DNA of 52,015 nt from Trichinella spiralis (GCF_000181795.1 NW_003526941.1:7048812-7100826); one strand, 5' to 3'; shown: positions 23,422-38,067, numbered from the stretch's first letter. Translations and numbers: made by a program. The notes: generated from the letters alone by a model not told the origin.

Positions 23422-26320
23422 TCAAAACTCAATGGGAAAACAAGAATAGAATTTCGAGTTTCAGGAATACGCCACCAACGACCTGATCGATGCTCTTGAC
23501 CAACAGCGACCGCTACCATATTAGCTTCAGAAGCGCAACTAATTCTGTTGATAAATCCTGTCTAAAATTAGGCGAATTATGAAAATATTATTTTATAAAT
23601 TAAAACTATTCTACACAACAATAAAACATTATTCTTTTACTTACTACAGGCAATACAAATTTCAATTTTAACGATGTCAAATTGTCAGCACATTTCCAAA
23701 ATCGTAAAGTACCGTCACAAGAACCTAGAACATTTAAATGCAATCTTTAAAGACACTGTAAAAAGTCGACAAAAATCATATCAGCTTGAAAATTAATCTT
23801 TCAATTTAATTAAACTGGAAAAAAAGGAACACTTCATCTACCTGATAAAACTAAATCAGTATGTCTAAAAGTAGATAACGCGCTGATCCATCGGTCAGTA
23901 CAATTTGCTCCAGTAGAATCATGTGCATTATTTTTTACATATAATGCATTCTTTTTAAATACTGACCATAAACTTATCGTACTGAAAATCACAAATTACT
24001 TATTTACCAAAATTTTTTATACAGTACTATTGTCATACTTATTGTCTGCTCCTGTAACAAAGTGATTTTCATTTATAAGTTTTACACATTCCGTAGATCC
24101 ACATCCGCTGAAACAACAATTGAATAAAATACGAAAACATATAAAATATCAAAATCATTTTAAGTGAATTTATTCAGAAGTGCACAATAATAAAACTAGC
24201 TGTTTCGCAAACCTTCTATCTGAAAATACAACTTGAGAATCTTCAGCAACTTTCCAAATTCTTACAGTACGATCGCTTCCTCCACAAGTAATGGCTCGCT
24301 CTCGGGCTAAGCAATCGATGTCCATTACAGCTGACGAGTGTCCAGGTCTTCAAGATTAAAAAATAAATAATTTTTCGCTCATCCTCTCAATAAATAGATT
24401 TGAAAACTTACAAATAATCTACAAATCCCATCTGAGTGAGATCCCAAACACGAACGCATTTGTCAGATGAACAACTGAATACTTGGTTGTAACCATTTCG
24501 AATAGCTACTCCCTTATATTATATTTATTACTTTATTTGATTTTCTTTATTATATCTTAAATTCTCACATTTATTGCACCTGTGTGACCAGTAAAGGTTT
24601 TCAAATGACGCATGTTTTCAAAATCCCACACACGTAACTTTTTCTCAGGACCACCACTGCACTGTAAAATGTGAATTTATATTGAAAAACCAAAAGAACG
24701 GAATCGATTTAAAAAATATCATTTTCTTACCAAAAACTTTTGATCAGATGAGACTGCCAAACAAGAAACAGATCGGTGACCAGCTCGATTGTTTGCATCT
24801 ATAACGTGCAATTTTTCCCCGGTTTCCGTATCCCCTGGAAAGTGAAAATTAAACAGCCATATATATATATATATATATTTATTTATTTAAATACTTACAT
24901 TGAATTATTGTACCATCTTTAGATCCACTGACAATTCTACAACCATCCGGACTGAGAATACAACATGTAGGTGACAATTTATGACCACGAAGGAAACGAA
25001 ACGTATCTTGAGAAGGCAAATTCAACTAAAATACATAAATAGAATGAAATGCGTTCAATGTCAAAGATATTGCTCGAAATCTTGGAACATTTTTCAACAA
25101 AGAACTTACATTATCAACAATACTTTTTTGCGGAGGATAAACTTCATCTATCTAAAATATCATAATATTTATCTTAACGTCATCTTTATATTCATGAAGT
25201 ATAATAGACACACATACAGCGTCTTCTTGTAAACGATGCTCAACAGCTTCGCGATCAATGATTTTATTATCGGCCTTCTCTCTTTCTACAGTTTTTTTAA
25301 TTATTCAAATATATTATTATATAACATTCTGATACTGTTCAACACTTGCTTTCTAAGAAATCTATTTCATTTACAAATTTTCATAATTACAAATCAACTC
25401 AAAGCAAAAATTGGTGATAAATAAATCATAATAGTTCTCACAGACGTGAATGAAGAAAACATCTACTATATTATTATTTACTATATTTTTTCAAAATTAT
25501 TCCGCTTACCTTCCCGTTCTACTTCACTTAAATACTGCTTAGCTAAGCGATAACGTTTCTCGTGTGCTGTCTCTTCATCGGATTCCACGTTATATGCATT
25601 TGTTTCAGTTTCTTCGTTACTAAATAATAGCAATAAAAATCAAAATAAAATTGAAAGGTAATTCAAATTTCAAAACCTATCTAAATCGCTTGATATTTCT
25701 TCACTTCTCCATTTTTCTTTATTTCTGTTACTTATCTAAAAATGATTAGATTTCAAAAATTTTTAAGCAAGTAAAAATATCAAAAACTATACTTTTTAAA
25801 TTAAAAAATAGCAAAAAAATAAATAGCATTTATAATAAATCATTAACTAAGTCATTTCTGTACTGTTTAAACATTAGTCAACCTAATGTTCATAGCAAAA
25901 AAAAAATAAGTTAAAAAAAATTTTTTTTAATAGAAACCTATGTGAATTATAAATTACACCTAACGCTCGTACACAGCCCATAAAGCATGATATAACATTC
26001 CAATTAAAAAAAATTAAACTGATTAAAATTTGCTTCTGAGAATACATTTTGCTGTTACTCCATATAGCATTTTGCTTAATTTATGATTCAAAAAAATGTC
26101 CATCTATATTCAAAGGGACACAATAAAACTGTTTCATTACATAGCAAAATAGGAAAAAAAATCTTTACTTATGCAATTAAATCAGTCCTACGTAAAACAT
26201 AACAGTTGAATAACTGCGACTTTAAATAACAAAACTAATTAATTGATAAATCAAGAGTAAGATAAAGAATCTGTTTACCACTGATTTGCGTTTATGAAAA
26301 TTTCTTTTTTCTCCAACCAT
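23422..26320 (-). CDS. RRP9: U3 snoRNA-interacting WD40 protein (U3-55K/RRP9), multi-exon
   Basis: EETAHEKRYRLAKQYL; GHSSAVMDIDCLARERAITCGGSDRTVRIWKVAEDSQVVF; last exon GFINRIS...VAVGQEHRSGRWWRIPETRNSILVFPIEF*. Start exon MVGEKRNFHKRKSV is inferred. Confidence 0.92.
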
Positions 26321-27264
26321 CTTCGAATTTCCAATGAGCTTTAATTTGATTAAGCCCCCTAAAAGTTGTTTACAAACTACATTTTAAGTATACACTTTAC
26401 ATGTTCACAACTATTCACAAATCTATACCTACATTATGAAAAACATCATTAATTAAATACTTAATTCAGGTTTTCTTTCATATCAAATTAAATTATAATA
26501 ACTGCATCAAACTACGTTCTCTGATTATTAGCTAAGCTGCATGCCTTACAAATACCACAATCTTGAAAAACTTCATATATTATTGACACATATAATACTT
26601 ATATTTCCTTAACAAAATATTAAAGAATTGTGCTTTCAAAGTACAGCTAATATATCACTTCTTAAACAAAACCGAACTTTGACATTTTAATTTACCTTAG
26701 AAAGATACTGTATTACCGTCGGTTAGAAGGTTACCGTATTTCATAAATATTTGTTCAGCATTTCGATAAGAAAAAAATAATAAAAATTTATTTTTAACTG
26801 TTAAATTTAAGAATAAAATATTTTTATAAATAATACATGCCATATTTTGTTTGACAACAATTTCTAACTTAACTGAATAAAATAAAAGTTCTTCACCTAA
26901 TTTACTTTTATTATGCAAATTTTATTAATTGTTAAAATTTCGAGCTGCAGTTTTTAAATCACACTGTGCATTCTGTAAAACAGACTAATACAGTGCTTTT
27001 GGAAAATTATTATAAAACTAAAATTATCTTTGCAAAATTACAGTATGATTGTGCTTTTATTTCATTTTAATAATTATTAACTTAAAAAAATCATCATTAA
27101 AAATTCAAAAAAATTCCCATAAATTTGTTTATTTAATATACATGGTGGCCATGCTTTGAAGTCATTGTACCCACTTTTGACAACAATGGTAAGTTAATGA
27201 CATTTAGGTATTATAGCTACCGTACCTTAGAATTGTTTTTTGTTGTTCGTCAAGTAAATTTCAA

Positions 27265-30200
27265 ATGAATGCTGTTAAAGTTGGGGATACTAAAAATATA
27301 CGGTGTATAAAGGAAGTTAGATGGAAAAAGATATTAAATATACTTGGTCCTATACCTCGAGCTCGTCATGGCCATAGGGCTATTGCATTGGATGATATGA
27401 TAGTCATTTTTGGCGGGGGAAATGATGGCATCGTCGATGATTTGTACGTTTACTTTCCCGGTAATAGTAGTTTTTATATTTTATAATTATATGTTCATTT
27501 GTATTAATATATCTTCATTACGTAGAGAAGAATGAGTGGTTTAAGCCAACTTGTTGCGGTGATATTCCTCCAGGATGTGCAGCCTTTGGCATGACTACTG
27601 ATAAGCAGAAGATTTTTGTGTATGGCGGCATGGTCGAGATGGGCCATTACAGTAGCGACTTCTATGAACTCGATGTATGATTTCAACATGAATGATAATG
27701 TTATTATGCGAGTTTTTCTACTGAAGCAATTGTTTGTTATTGAAGGCATTTTAAAGTTGTCTTTATTTACAAATCACTGCAAAACTTTTTACCTTTGTTG
27801 TTCAGTAGTTTTATTGAGATATTTTTCAAATTATTCTTAACAAAACTACTCTTTGATTCTGTTTTCAGATTTCAACTTGGGAGTGGCGAAGAATTTTACC
27901 TTGTCTTTCTGTAAATTGCCCTCCTCCTCCACCTCGTCTAGGTCATTCTTTTACATTTGTAAAGAATTTGATTTATTTGTTTGGTGGATTGACGAACGGT
28001 AGCGTAGATAATCGCCACAGTATACCAGTGTAAGTATTTCTTATAATTTTTAGTTATGATTGTCGGATTTTTGGTAGAAGAGAATAAATATCAAGGTTAA
28101 CTTGTTTTACACTAGTTTGTTTAAGTTAATTTTTGTACTACAAGTGTTTATCATAGAACTTATCCAACTTGTTTTACTGGTCCGATTTTTGTTGTTCATT
28201 TTGTTTTGCGATGCATTGACTTCTGCAGCTGTATTTCATTTTTGTTCAATGTGTTTTAATTTATAATTACTGCATTGAAAAAAAAGTTGTTTCAAAATAT
28301 TTTAATGAAGATGAAATATTTAGTTATTTAAATGACTTCTACGCGATTGATTTGCGTACAACACCATACCAGTGGTTTACGCCAGTTACTTATGGTGCTA
28401 AACCTACACCAAGAGAATCGCACAGTGCTTGCTACTACGAATCTGATGACAAGTCTTTGCTGATTATTTATGGAGGAATGAACGGATGTCGTCTTGGCGA
28501 TTTATGGATTTTAGATCTTAGTATGTTTCTTATTGTTTGCTATTTATTTAAAAAAATGCTGAGTAATTAATATATATATATATATTTATTTATTTATATT
28601 TATATATACACAGAAAGCATGACATGGAATTCGCCTATGCTGTCCGGCGTACCACCTGCCCCGAGAAGCCTTCATTCCGCAAGTGTAATTGATGACAAGT
28701 AAATAATACAAACAATCCTTAATATTTATTTTATTGTGATCTGCATATTTAGGATGTATATTTTTGGTGGATGGATACCGCTGTCAAATAAAGTTACTTC
28801 TCCAAATCATTTTGAAAAAGAATGGAAATGTACCAACACCTTGGGTTGTTTCTGCATAAGTACATCGACAGACGGCATATTTTATGTTATGTTAATTATA
28901 TTCAAGTTTTGTTTTAGCTTCTCTAAAATGGTTAGAAGTTGAACTGGGAAAAGTTGAAGATGAAAATCCTCGACCCAGAGCTGGTCATTCAGCTGTTGCA
29001 ATGCGCTCACGAATGTACATTTGGTCTGGTCGTGATGGATATCGCAAAGCATGGAATGCGCAAGTATCGATTGTTTTATTATTTGTATTCTTTGTATTTT
29101 TGTTTTGCATATTTTTCGTTTAGATATGTTGTAAAGATATGTGGTGTCTTGAAACCGAAAAGCCGGATCCTCCTTCGAATATTCAGCTGGTACGCGCTTC
29201 TTCGACATCACTTGAAATTTGTTGGAAGCCAGTTTTTAATGGTAATTTCTATTTTATGCTTAACATTTTCTTTTGAATTATGCTTTGTTTTTTAATCTTA
29301 TTTTCCGGATAAGTGGATCACTACAAAGTTCAAATACAGAGACAGCAAATTAGTGAAAAAAAACATGAAATAAAAGTATATTTTAATGTTTCATTTATTA
29401 TTGTCATTTGATGCACTTTTTTTGTTTTTGTTATAGATGGAACGACAAAATCTTAATCAACTGCCGAAAGTTAAATGTAAATTATTGTAGTTGTATTGGA
29501 TATTTTTAAAGTTAAATATTGTTTTTAGCAGCTAGATCGGTTGATAATGTAAAACAGCAACCGCTTACTAACTTGAGTAACGTATTGAAAATACATGCTC
29601 CACCAGCTTCGGGTGCTTTAAGGACAGTAAGGGAATTAATTGATCATTTTTTAAATAATATTTTATATAACTGTATGTTATTAAATTATTCAGGGTTCAT
29701 CTGTGGTCAGTGGTGTTGGTGGACCAATTTTACCACCTGCAAATAGCTCTGCTGTACGGGCACCTAAGATTAAAGCTGCCCCTATAGATACTCCAGTTGT
29801 TAAAGTATCAACCGCTGCAGTGTCTGCTCCCAGCATTAGGAACCTTTCGCTACCTCAAAATACAGTGAAAATACAAACTGTTGATAATGGAAATCGACCT
29901 GTAGTCACAGCTCCGAATATGATAGTTAGTTATATTGTTGAAGCACTGTTTTTTTGTTTGTTTGATCATTTGATGAAAAACATTTCATTTCGTTTTTCAG
30001 AAACCATCTGTAAATAGTCCAGCCTTGAATCTGAAGAAAGATGGAGAAACTTTGAAAATAAAAGTGGCAACTGTAAATTTAAAATCTGATGATGAAAGCC
30101 ACAGTTTTCCTGGTGTAAGGGTAAGTTTTACGTGAATTAAGTGCGTTTAAGATACGATCAAGATTATTATTATTATTATATTTTCAGCTGTCTGTGGTGT

Positions 30201-31504
30201 CACTTAAAGGTGGAGAAAGTAATGCAAAGTCAACTTTTAAACCAACCAGCGGTACATTGCCAGTCAGATTGCTGAGTAATCCGTATAGTTCAAATATGGG
30301 AAACAATTCAACGCCTATTTCGGCGTCTGCAAGCGGTGGAGTGCGGAAGCCCATGAAAGCGGGAAGTGCTTCTGCGGATGCGTTTGCTAAAGCGAAAATT
30401 AGCTTTTCAACCACATCGAAATTGTCAACAGTGAATGATTTGCCCAAAGTGAAAAAAGTTGTTGAAAAAAAAAAGGTCGAATCTCGTTATGTGAAAGTTC
30501 CAGAACGCATTGAAATTAAACCCAATCCATGGTATGACGTTGGAATTACAAAACTCAGCGTGATGACCATTGAAGAATATGATACTCCAATATCGGCTAA
30601 CATGACGCATGCAGTAGTGGTAAGAGTTGATAGTCATTTTTATAATGTGAGGATTTATCGATGATGTTGATATATATATTATTATGTATATACATGCATA
30701 TGTATGTGTGTTTGCGTTTCGATTAGAAATTGGAAAACAGCGAATTTCGAAAAGTGAAAGTGGAAGAAGGAGCTGCTTATAGATTTCGCATTTGTTCTGT
30801 AAATGATTTGGGCGCAAGTGATTGGGTAGAAAGTGGAATATTCAAAACAAACGACGAAGCACTTCCAAGTCCTCCTGCCAATATCAGGGTAGAAAAAATG
30901 ACCGACTGTATTCAGCTGAGCTGGCAACCTCCGGTCAACTCGCGAACCGAAATTGTCGAATATTCCGTTTATTTGGCAATGAAATCTCAACAGCAGGGTA
31001 AGTTGTGGTTTACTTATTTTAAAAAAAAATTGCTTTTTCTTATTGGCTTTCATGAAAATCAGTTTATTAGTTTGAAGTGATTTTCTTCAACGCATTGTTG
31101 TATATTGTATACAGCTACAATATTCAGTGCTTTATGGACTTTTTTGATTTAAGTTTCCGATTTTTTGTCCTTTATGCGGGTATATTGTGGTTTTGATGCA
31201 TTTTGCCAAGTACCAAATAATATTGTTGACGCATCGTTGTTGAACTTCCAAGATCAGTCGTCAGCAGTGATATTCCGTGTTGCTGCAAGAAACACTGCTG
31301 GTTATGGTCCTTTTACGCAAATTAGGTGGGTGAAAGACAAGCAAGAAACAGCCGAAAGTCAAGTATCGAATATTTCGCCGAAACGTGCTGCACTGGATTT
31401 GTAAGAATTGTGAACAGTATAATTAATTATTTGTTTTAATTTTGAATGGATTTAGGCAGCCGCCATCGGCGAAAGCAGCAAAGTATGATATGCAAACTTG
31501 CTGA
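27265..31504 (+). CDS. HCFC1: Host cell factor (Kelch repeats + Fn3 domains + C-terminal NLS), short form without HCF-PRO repeats
   Basis: [14 protein letters not shown]...[96 protein letters not shown]...[49 protein letters not shown]. Confidence 0.96.
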
Positions 31505-31994
31505 TGTTTTCTGAGAAGTTTTTTTTTTAATTTTATAACTGCATAGCAGATTTATTAAGCATAATTATTATTACGACCGTATATATATGTATACACATGC
31601 ATATGTATGTGTATATATATATATGCTGCATATTTTTTGTTAGATATTTTGTCATTTATTAACGATTACCCTATATAATTTTTCAGAAAAATCTCAGTTT
31701 GTTTAATCATTGTCACTTTTTCGATTTGCTCCCTCTGCTTTTTTTTAAATAATATCTTAATAAATCTTTTTCATGTATAAATTTCGAAGCTCATAAAAAC
31801 ATTTCTTGCTTAAGTTGATTTTATTTATTTTGATAAAAAGTGCAACAGTGAAATTTACATACAACGGGTTTTGTACAAGTTTTGTGTTGGGGTATTTTGT
31901 TTGTTTGCAGTCGTTGCAGCACGTGCAGATGTTGTCGGACTAGATAGAAATGTACGGGTACGACGACGTATCTGCTTGACCAACAATATTAGCA

Positions 31995-34065
31995 TTACTG
32001 CGTTTTCTGCTTTTTCATAGTATTTAATTTTTCTTCTAAAATTTGGTTTCATATACACATATATAGAGAGAGAGAAGAAGAAGAAGAAGAAGAAGTTTGA
32101 TTATAATAATAAATCACCGTTAACGACTGCCTTGCATTTACGTCTTTGGTGTGGACAGTCACGAATGTCTTTCTTTTCACAGCGTTTGAAGCGGATTTGT
32201 TCATTTTCTTCCTCGTTGCATGCGCTCCATTCTGTCCATTCATCGTCAACAATTGGCGCGTCAAGTTTTCGATGTTTCTGCAACATCAATCTTCCTATAA
32301 AACAAATAAATGAATAAAAAAATTATAGTCATGTAATTTAAACTTTTAAAAGTTTAATAGATTTACGTCGGAAACATCCCGATTCGAAGTAGACTACATC
32401 AGCATCATCTTCAGTGTAGACATCGGATTGTGATTTACGATCTTCAGTGTTCAAAATGCAGTTTTCTTTGCTATCCTTTAAAAAAGAAATGTATATATAT
32501 ATTTTTTTTGTTTATTTATTTAGTAATTTCAGTAATACTGATGTGGATATACTTACGGAAAAGTAGAACATTCCAGACATGCAGTTGAAACCGGTGGTCT
32601 CGTAAGCTTGTAAGCATTGTTGAACGCAGTCAGTTTCATCTCGGGCAGTGACTACTTGTTTGGCAAATCCGACCAGTACATGATGAGGATCATAGTAAAA
32701 GTTACCAGGACATTCGGTAAGTAATTCTTCTGAAATATTGTTTTTTCTTTACGTTTCCACACACACATATATATACTTTTGTATGTATATATTGTTAAAC
32801 TAACCAGGGAAGCAAGAAATTTTGTATGTTGTTACTCCTTTTTGAATGGTCAGTTCAGTAATACGCAATGGATTTGAGCTCAACTGGCAACCATTTCTGT
32901 TAGAGAAGCTGGCAGCACGACAAGGGCGTCCGTTTAATTCCAAAGCGTTTCCAGATTCATCCTTTAAAAAAACCAAAAATAAATTAAATTTTAAACTATA
33001 ATAATAATAATAATAAGTATTATTATTAACCTGATTAGCCAAGCAAGCGGTTGCGCAATCTTCGGCAGTTTTAGTTTTCAGACTAGCTCCGTTCAATGTA
33101 GTAGTACCGTAGTTGGCAATTTCAGATATTTTTGGCAGTTTTCCATTCGGGCATGTTTCTTTTGTTTGCGATGAAGTCGGTGGTTTTTCAGTTGCAACCG
33201 CTTGACACAGTCCAGTTGGTCTGAAGTAATGTGAAAATTATCATTGAACAAATTGAATTTTTCCTTATTAATAATTTGTTTATCAATAACAAGAATTGTG
33301 ATTTTTACCTGTAAATGCTGCGTCCTGGATATTTCAAATAATGTTGTGGAGAGTTGAGTCCGTCGACGGCAAAAATGTCGCATGTTTTCGAATTGGCATC
33401 GTACACAACACTGCGGCAAATGTATGGATAGTCGCCGAATTGTTTTTCTTGGCATAAATTCAAACATTCTTGACAAGAAATTGGAGTACGACGATCGAAA
33501 GGATATGCGTTTGAAATTGTGCATTCGGGACTAGCTTTGAAGCATTGTGGATCTTTAAAAGAAAGAAAGAAAAGAAAAAGTTACACTGTGGTAATCATGT
33601 AATAGTAACAAGTCTGTTGTGGTGAAAATTCTAAATACCGAATGGACAAGTTGGAGAAGTTGGAACCAATATTGGATATTGTACATTGGGTGTAACCGCC
33701 GCTGGTCCTCCGTATACTGGAACAGGAATCGGTACTTGACCACTACCGTAGAGGCCGTTGATGGACGGTTGACCGTATGCCATCTGTTGACCGTTGTAGG
33801 ATGGTTGCTGGGGTCGAGGTGCAAAATTCGGTTGCCCATTTCCATAGGCCGGCGAGGGTAGGGCTGGCTGTGGAACAGCAGCTTGTCCATTTCCGTATGC
33901 TGGTGATCCAGCGGCAGCAGAATGATATTGTTGGACGTGTTGCACTGGTGGTTGTTGGTAATTGCCGTTGACTTGCTGTTGAGCACCACCGGCGGCGTAT
34001 CCTTGTCCACTGACAAGCAGAACATTGAACGGCAACAGAACGGATAACAATAATAATTGGATCAT
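31995..34065 (-). CDS. Secreted protein: signal peptide, Q/P/G/Y-rich region, three PAN/apple-like domains, C-terminal TSP1-like motif (cuticle/apical ECM-type)
   Basis: MIQLLLLSVLLPFNVLLVSG signal; repeated PAYGNGQ; PAN cysteine patterns (SCQECLNLC...CRSVVYD...CDIF; EDCATAC...CRAASF...GCQLS; HVLVGFA...DCVQQC...CMSGMFY...NCILNTEDR); WTEWSAC. Last exon 32036-31995 inferred; alternative stop at 32101. Confidence 0.85.
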
Positions 34066-34269
34066 ATTTTTGAAGAAAAATAATAAAATTTGTTCTTTAA
34101 GAAAACAATGATGAGATAATAAGAATAAAGAAGAAATAAAGACGGACAAAGAAATTAAAATGGTGAAGGGAAATTTCTAAAAGCAAAGAATTATATGTGC
34201 TTGTTAATATGGACAGATACTAACTAGAATGCGGCGGCAAATGTAAGCTCAGTGTTTAATGTGGGTGCA

Positions 34270-35400
34270 AATTAAAGAGTGAAAAAGTGGGTGATTGGAA
34301 CAAACGTTCGACATGATTGGGTCACTTGGTCGTGGCATTCGATTTGGGTCAAAGTCAGGCATTTCGGCCGGGCGCGATCCGGTGAATCTTTGTTTATGTG
34401 AACCAAGCCAGTGGTTTGGTGGTGACGGCCACGAAATTTTCGCGCCAAATTTTCAACTTGAACTCGAACTTCGTTCAATGTTCAGTGTGCAATTTTGCCA
34501 ATCGCTTGTGAGCTGATTTTCAAATTTCAGGTCAAACGAAGGAGGAGTGGCCAGTTTTTGGAGGAACAATTTTCCACAATTTGGCAACGCAAACGACGAC
34601 GACCTCGATTTGAAAAATTACGAACGATGATACTAATCATTGCACAGTTGCGCAATCGCGATCGTCAAAAATTTCCATACAATGCAGGTGACAGTTCGAC
34701 GACGACGATCGTCTCGAAAAGCAGGTCAACAATTTTCTGCCAACTTTCCTTCCATTCTCGTAAACACGCTAAAACTCAAAACTATACAACTATGCAAATT
34801 TATTTCAACTTTTTAAACAATTTTTAATTATTATTCAATTTTTTGAACTTTATTATCTTTAATAGTTTTTTTTCTTCTTCTTCTTTTTCTTTTGTAACTT
34901 TTTGTCATTCTGTAAATTGTTTGTTTCAGATTTACTACTTTATTTCAATTGTAATCTATCTTGGAAAGTGGTTTGAAAATTTGAACTTTTTATCACAAAT
35001 CACAAAATAGTAGTATATTTTGAAATCAAAAATAATTTTTATTATTGTCGACTGTAATTTACAATCCAATTAATTAATTCATCAAACTCGTCGTGAAATA
35101 TGCCTCCTATTTGGGCACATTTTTCCTCTGAAACAGATCTGTCAAACATAATTTTCAATTAAATTTTTAACTGGAACATGATTTCATTGAAAAGAATTTA
35201 TTTTTTTTTCTTTTCGATTTTTTGAAGCATTACATTTCTTTTCAAATTTTAAAATTTATTAATAATAATAATTCTTATTGATTCTCTTTTTTTTGTTTCT
35301 GATCGTGCGAAAATGGGCAATTGGATGATAAGATTTCAAAAAAAATACTTTTTTTTAACGACACTCACTTTGAACTTCATTCGGTTAATGGGTCAAGGGT
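34270..35400. promoter_or_regulatory. Upstream regulatory region of the PAN gene with clustered RGGTCA nuclear-receptor half-sites
   Basis: gattGGGTCA 34315, atttGGGTCAaagtca 34342, tttcAGGTCA 34525, AGGTCA 34723, taatGGGTCA 35386; locally GC-richer non-coding DNA. Confidence 0.45.
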
Positions 35401-36919
35401 GGGTTGCCCTGTTGCGCAATGACATTGCTTGTTTTTTTTATGCCTTCATAACCGTTTTTACAAATTATGATCTTTCGGTTGGACACACGATGGTGGAAAA
35501 CTTTTCCAACAAGAAAACAAGGTACATTTTGTTCATAATTTTGAGGTAATAATATTATTAATGTTTTTAAAACTAATAACAATAAGAATATGTTATTAAT
35601 TCATTTAACAAATAATTCATCTTGTTCATCTTTCTAAGATTTCAGTTTTGCATTTTATTGAAATTGTCAAATTTTTTTGATTAAAAACAATAAACAAGAT
35701 GTATTCAATTTCAAAGTGGATATGGAAATGATTATCGATTAACTATTACGATTTATTGTTTGCATTAGTTGAACATTTTACATTACACGAACTTTTTCAT
35801 CATTTCCTTATGGTAGCCAGTTCGAATTGTTGTAAATTGAACAGTTTCATTGTACGATTATATTTTAAAAATTGATCACATTTTAAGAAAAAAATTTTAA
35901 TATCACTCTGATATTACCAAAATGAACATTGCTGTTCAAACTGACATGATCGACTATTGTTAATGTACTATGTCATTACTTATTACTGTGTTTTTTCACG
36001 GTATTTATAATTGAAAATTTATGCAAATAATCACATTTGAAGAAATGATATAAAATTCGAATAGAACATTAATGATTATTAAACAGCACATTGAACTTTT
36101 GTAACTGCTGCACAATTTTAAATTTAATTGAAATAATTTGAACTTTTTTATTATTATATTACTGTAAATGTTTTTAATTTAATTAATTATATAGGATAAT
36201 TTTTGTATGATCAGATGTAAAATTGTAATTTTTATTGTGATAATTTATTTTTTCCTTATTCATTTTCACAAAAGAGAACAATTGAGTGAGTGTTGCCGTC
36301 GTATGAAAGCTAAACACAGTATTCCATTTCTAGATGTTCGATCGTCGTGATAATAATACTTTTTTTATGAGAAGAATAGCAGAACTAAATAAACAATTTT
36401 TAAGAAAACAATAAGCCAGGCCGATGTTGTTGACTAATGGCAAACTAATGACATCAGATTGAAATATATAGAGTTGGCAAATGTCAATTGAAGATGAGAA
36501 ATGAAACGTAAAAAAACAACTGAAATGGTACAAAAAAACTCGAACTAGTCAGAGGGAGAAGGATTAAAATTGTGTACGATATTCAAATTTGAAGGGTTGT
36601 GAGGAGGAAAATTTTTTAGATGGCAAATGGATGTTTTTAAATTGGGCAGTGCTGTGGGCGCTGGGCAGTTGATACTGTCTGTATTGCGTGTATGTTGCCT
36701 TCACTGCCTTTTCAGGACAGGTTCGTCTTTTTTGCGTTTTCTCAAATCGCCATCCGGAAAACGACCAGCGGCTGGTTTCATAGGAAGCTCTGAAAGAGGT
36801 TATTATTAATGGTCATTTGTATTCCAATTAACGTTTGTAACTGGAATTACCATAAGCAGTCGTTGCAGCTAACCCCCACCCTTTCTTGTTGCGGTTGACC
36901 AACTTCCACNNNNNNNNNN

Positions 36920-38057
36920 TTATTATTTAAATTTGTTATTTTCCTACTTCATCCTAATTATTAATAAAACTAGTTTGAAAGATTATCAAAACTTAATGCT
37001 TTTAATGACGCGCAAGTAACATTGGTATAAACTTAAAAGGTTTTTCGAAAATTGAATGCTAAAATTTTCTTTAAAAAATGTTAAATAAAAAGTGTAACTA
37101 ATCATTTTATTATATTTTCATGAGATAAATAAAAATTGAATTCACATCTTCGACTGACTAATTTGTTTTTATCGAAACTCCATTTGTAGCTATGCGAATG
37201 TATTTCGTATTGAAACTCAAACATATCTGATGATCTTATTAGTGATATTTGTTTCAAACCGTTCTTATCTTCATTTACAAACTTTTGCATAATGCTACAG
37301 TACATACTCGTCTTCAACGTATACCGTACTTTGAAAAAATATTTTACAAGAGCGAATATTTATCAAAATTTTTATGGACTTTACAAATGTTTAGAAAATG
37401 AAATTGCAAAACCCGGCTTCTATTCAAATGCAGGGCAACAAATGCATAAGCATGACATTTCAAGTAAATAATGCACATCTTAAAGGTTAAAATACATGCA
37501 CAAATTGCAGATGTTTCGTTTCACATCAATACATACTTAAATAGAATGCCTTCAAATAGAGAAAGATACAAAATAAACACAGCTATTTCCAATGCTAAGG
37601 ATTTTCAAAACAAAACAGTTAAATTTTATCATGATGTAAATGATTATTCAACTGTTCACATTTTTTGAAGTCAGCTAAACCATCAAATGGACGTTAAAAC
37701 AACAATCGCTGTTTACACTGCAAGTGTGTTCTCTACTAAATAAAACTGATTATGGAACATTATCCTTTGCGTAAAGTGTACATAAACTGAATGCAGAAAA
37801 TAAAATAGATATTTGTAAATTAAAATTTTAAAATAAATAAATAAATATATTTACTGACTTTTTACAACTTTAAAATTTGTAAAAGTACTTCAAAGAATAT
37901 ATCAACCAAACAAATTTATTTCAACTCATAAATATCAATACATTCCCTACTACCACAAAGTTATTTATTCGTCAACCTAAAATGATAATAATATAATTTC
38001 GAATATGCCTGAAAAATATCCCATCATACTTTCAATTCTTCATCGTCGCCTTCGAAT
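36920..38057 (+). repeat. Second copy of 2684-3821, bounded by N-gaps on both sides
   Basis: Direct alignment; ends inside the nucleolin-like terminal codons. Confidence 0.95.
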
Positions 38058-38067
38058 NNNNNNNNNN

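Noticed and set aside
14693..31504. Functional clustering (PGM3 with HCF-1 for O-GlcNAc; three mitochondrial and several ribosome-related genes)
   Set aside because: Ordinary housekeeping neighbourhood; no sequence evidence of co-regulation beyond the two tight gene pairs.
33495..33512. ATATCCTTT on the minus strand, resembling a U12 (AT-AC) donor
   Set aside because: Lies inside an open PAN exon (NAYPFDRR). None of the introns I reconstructed has a U12 donor.
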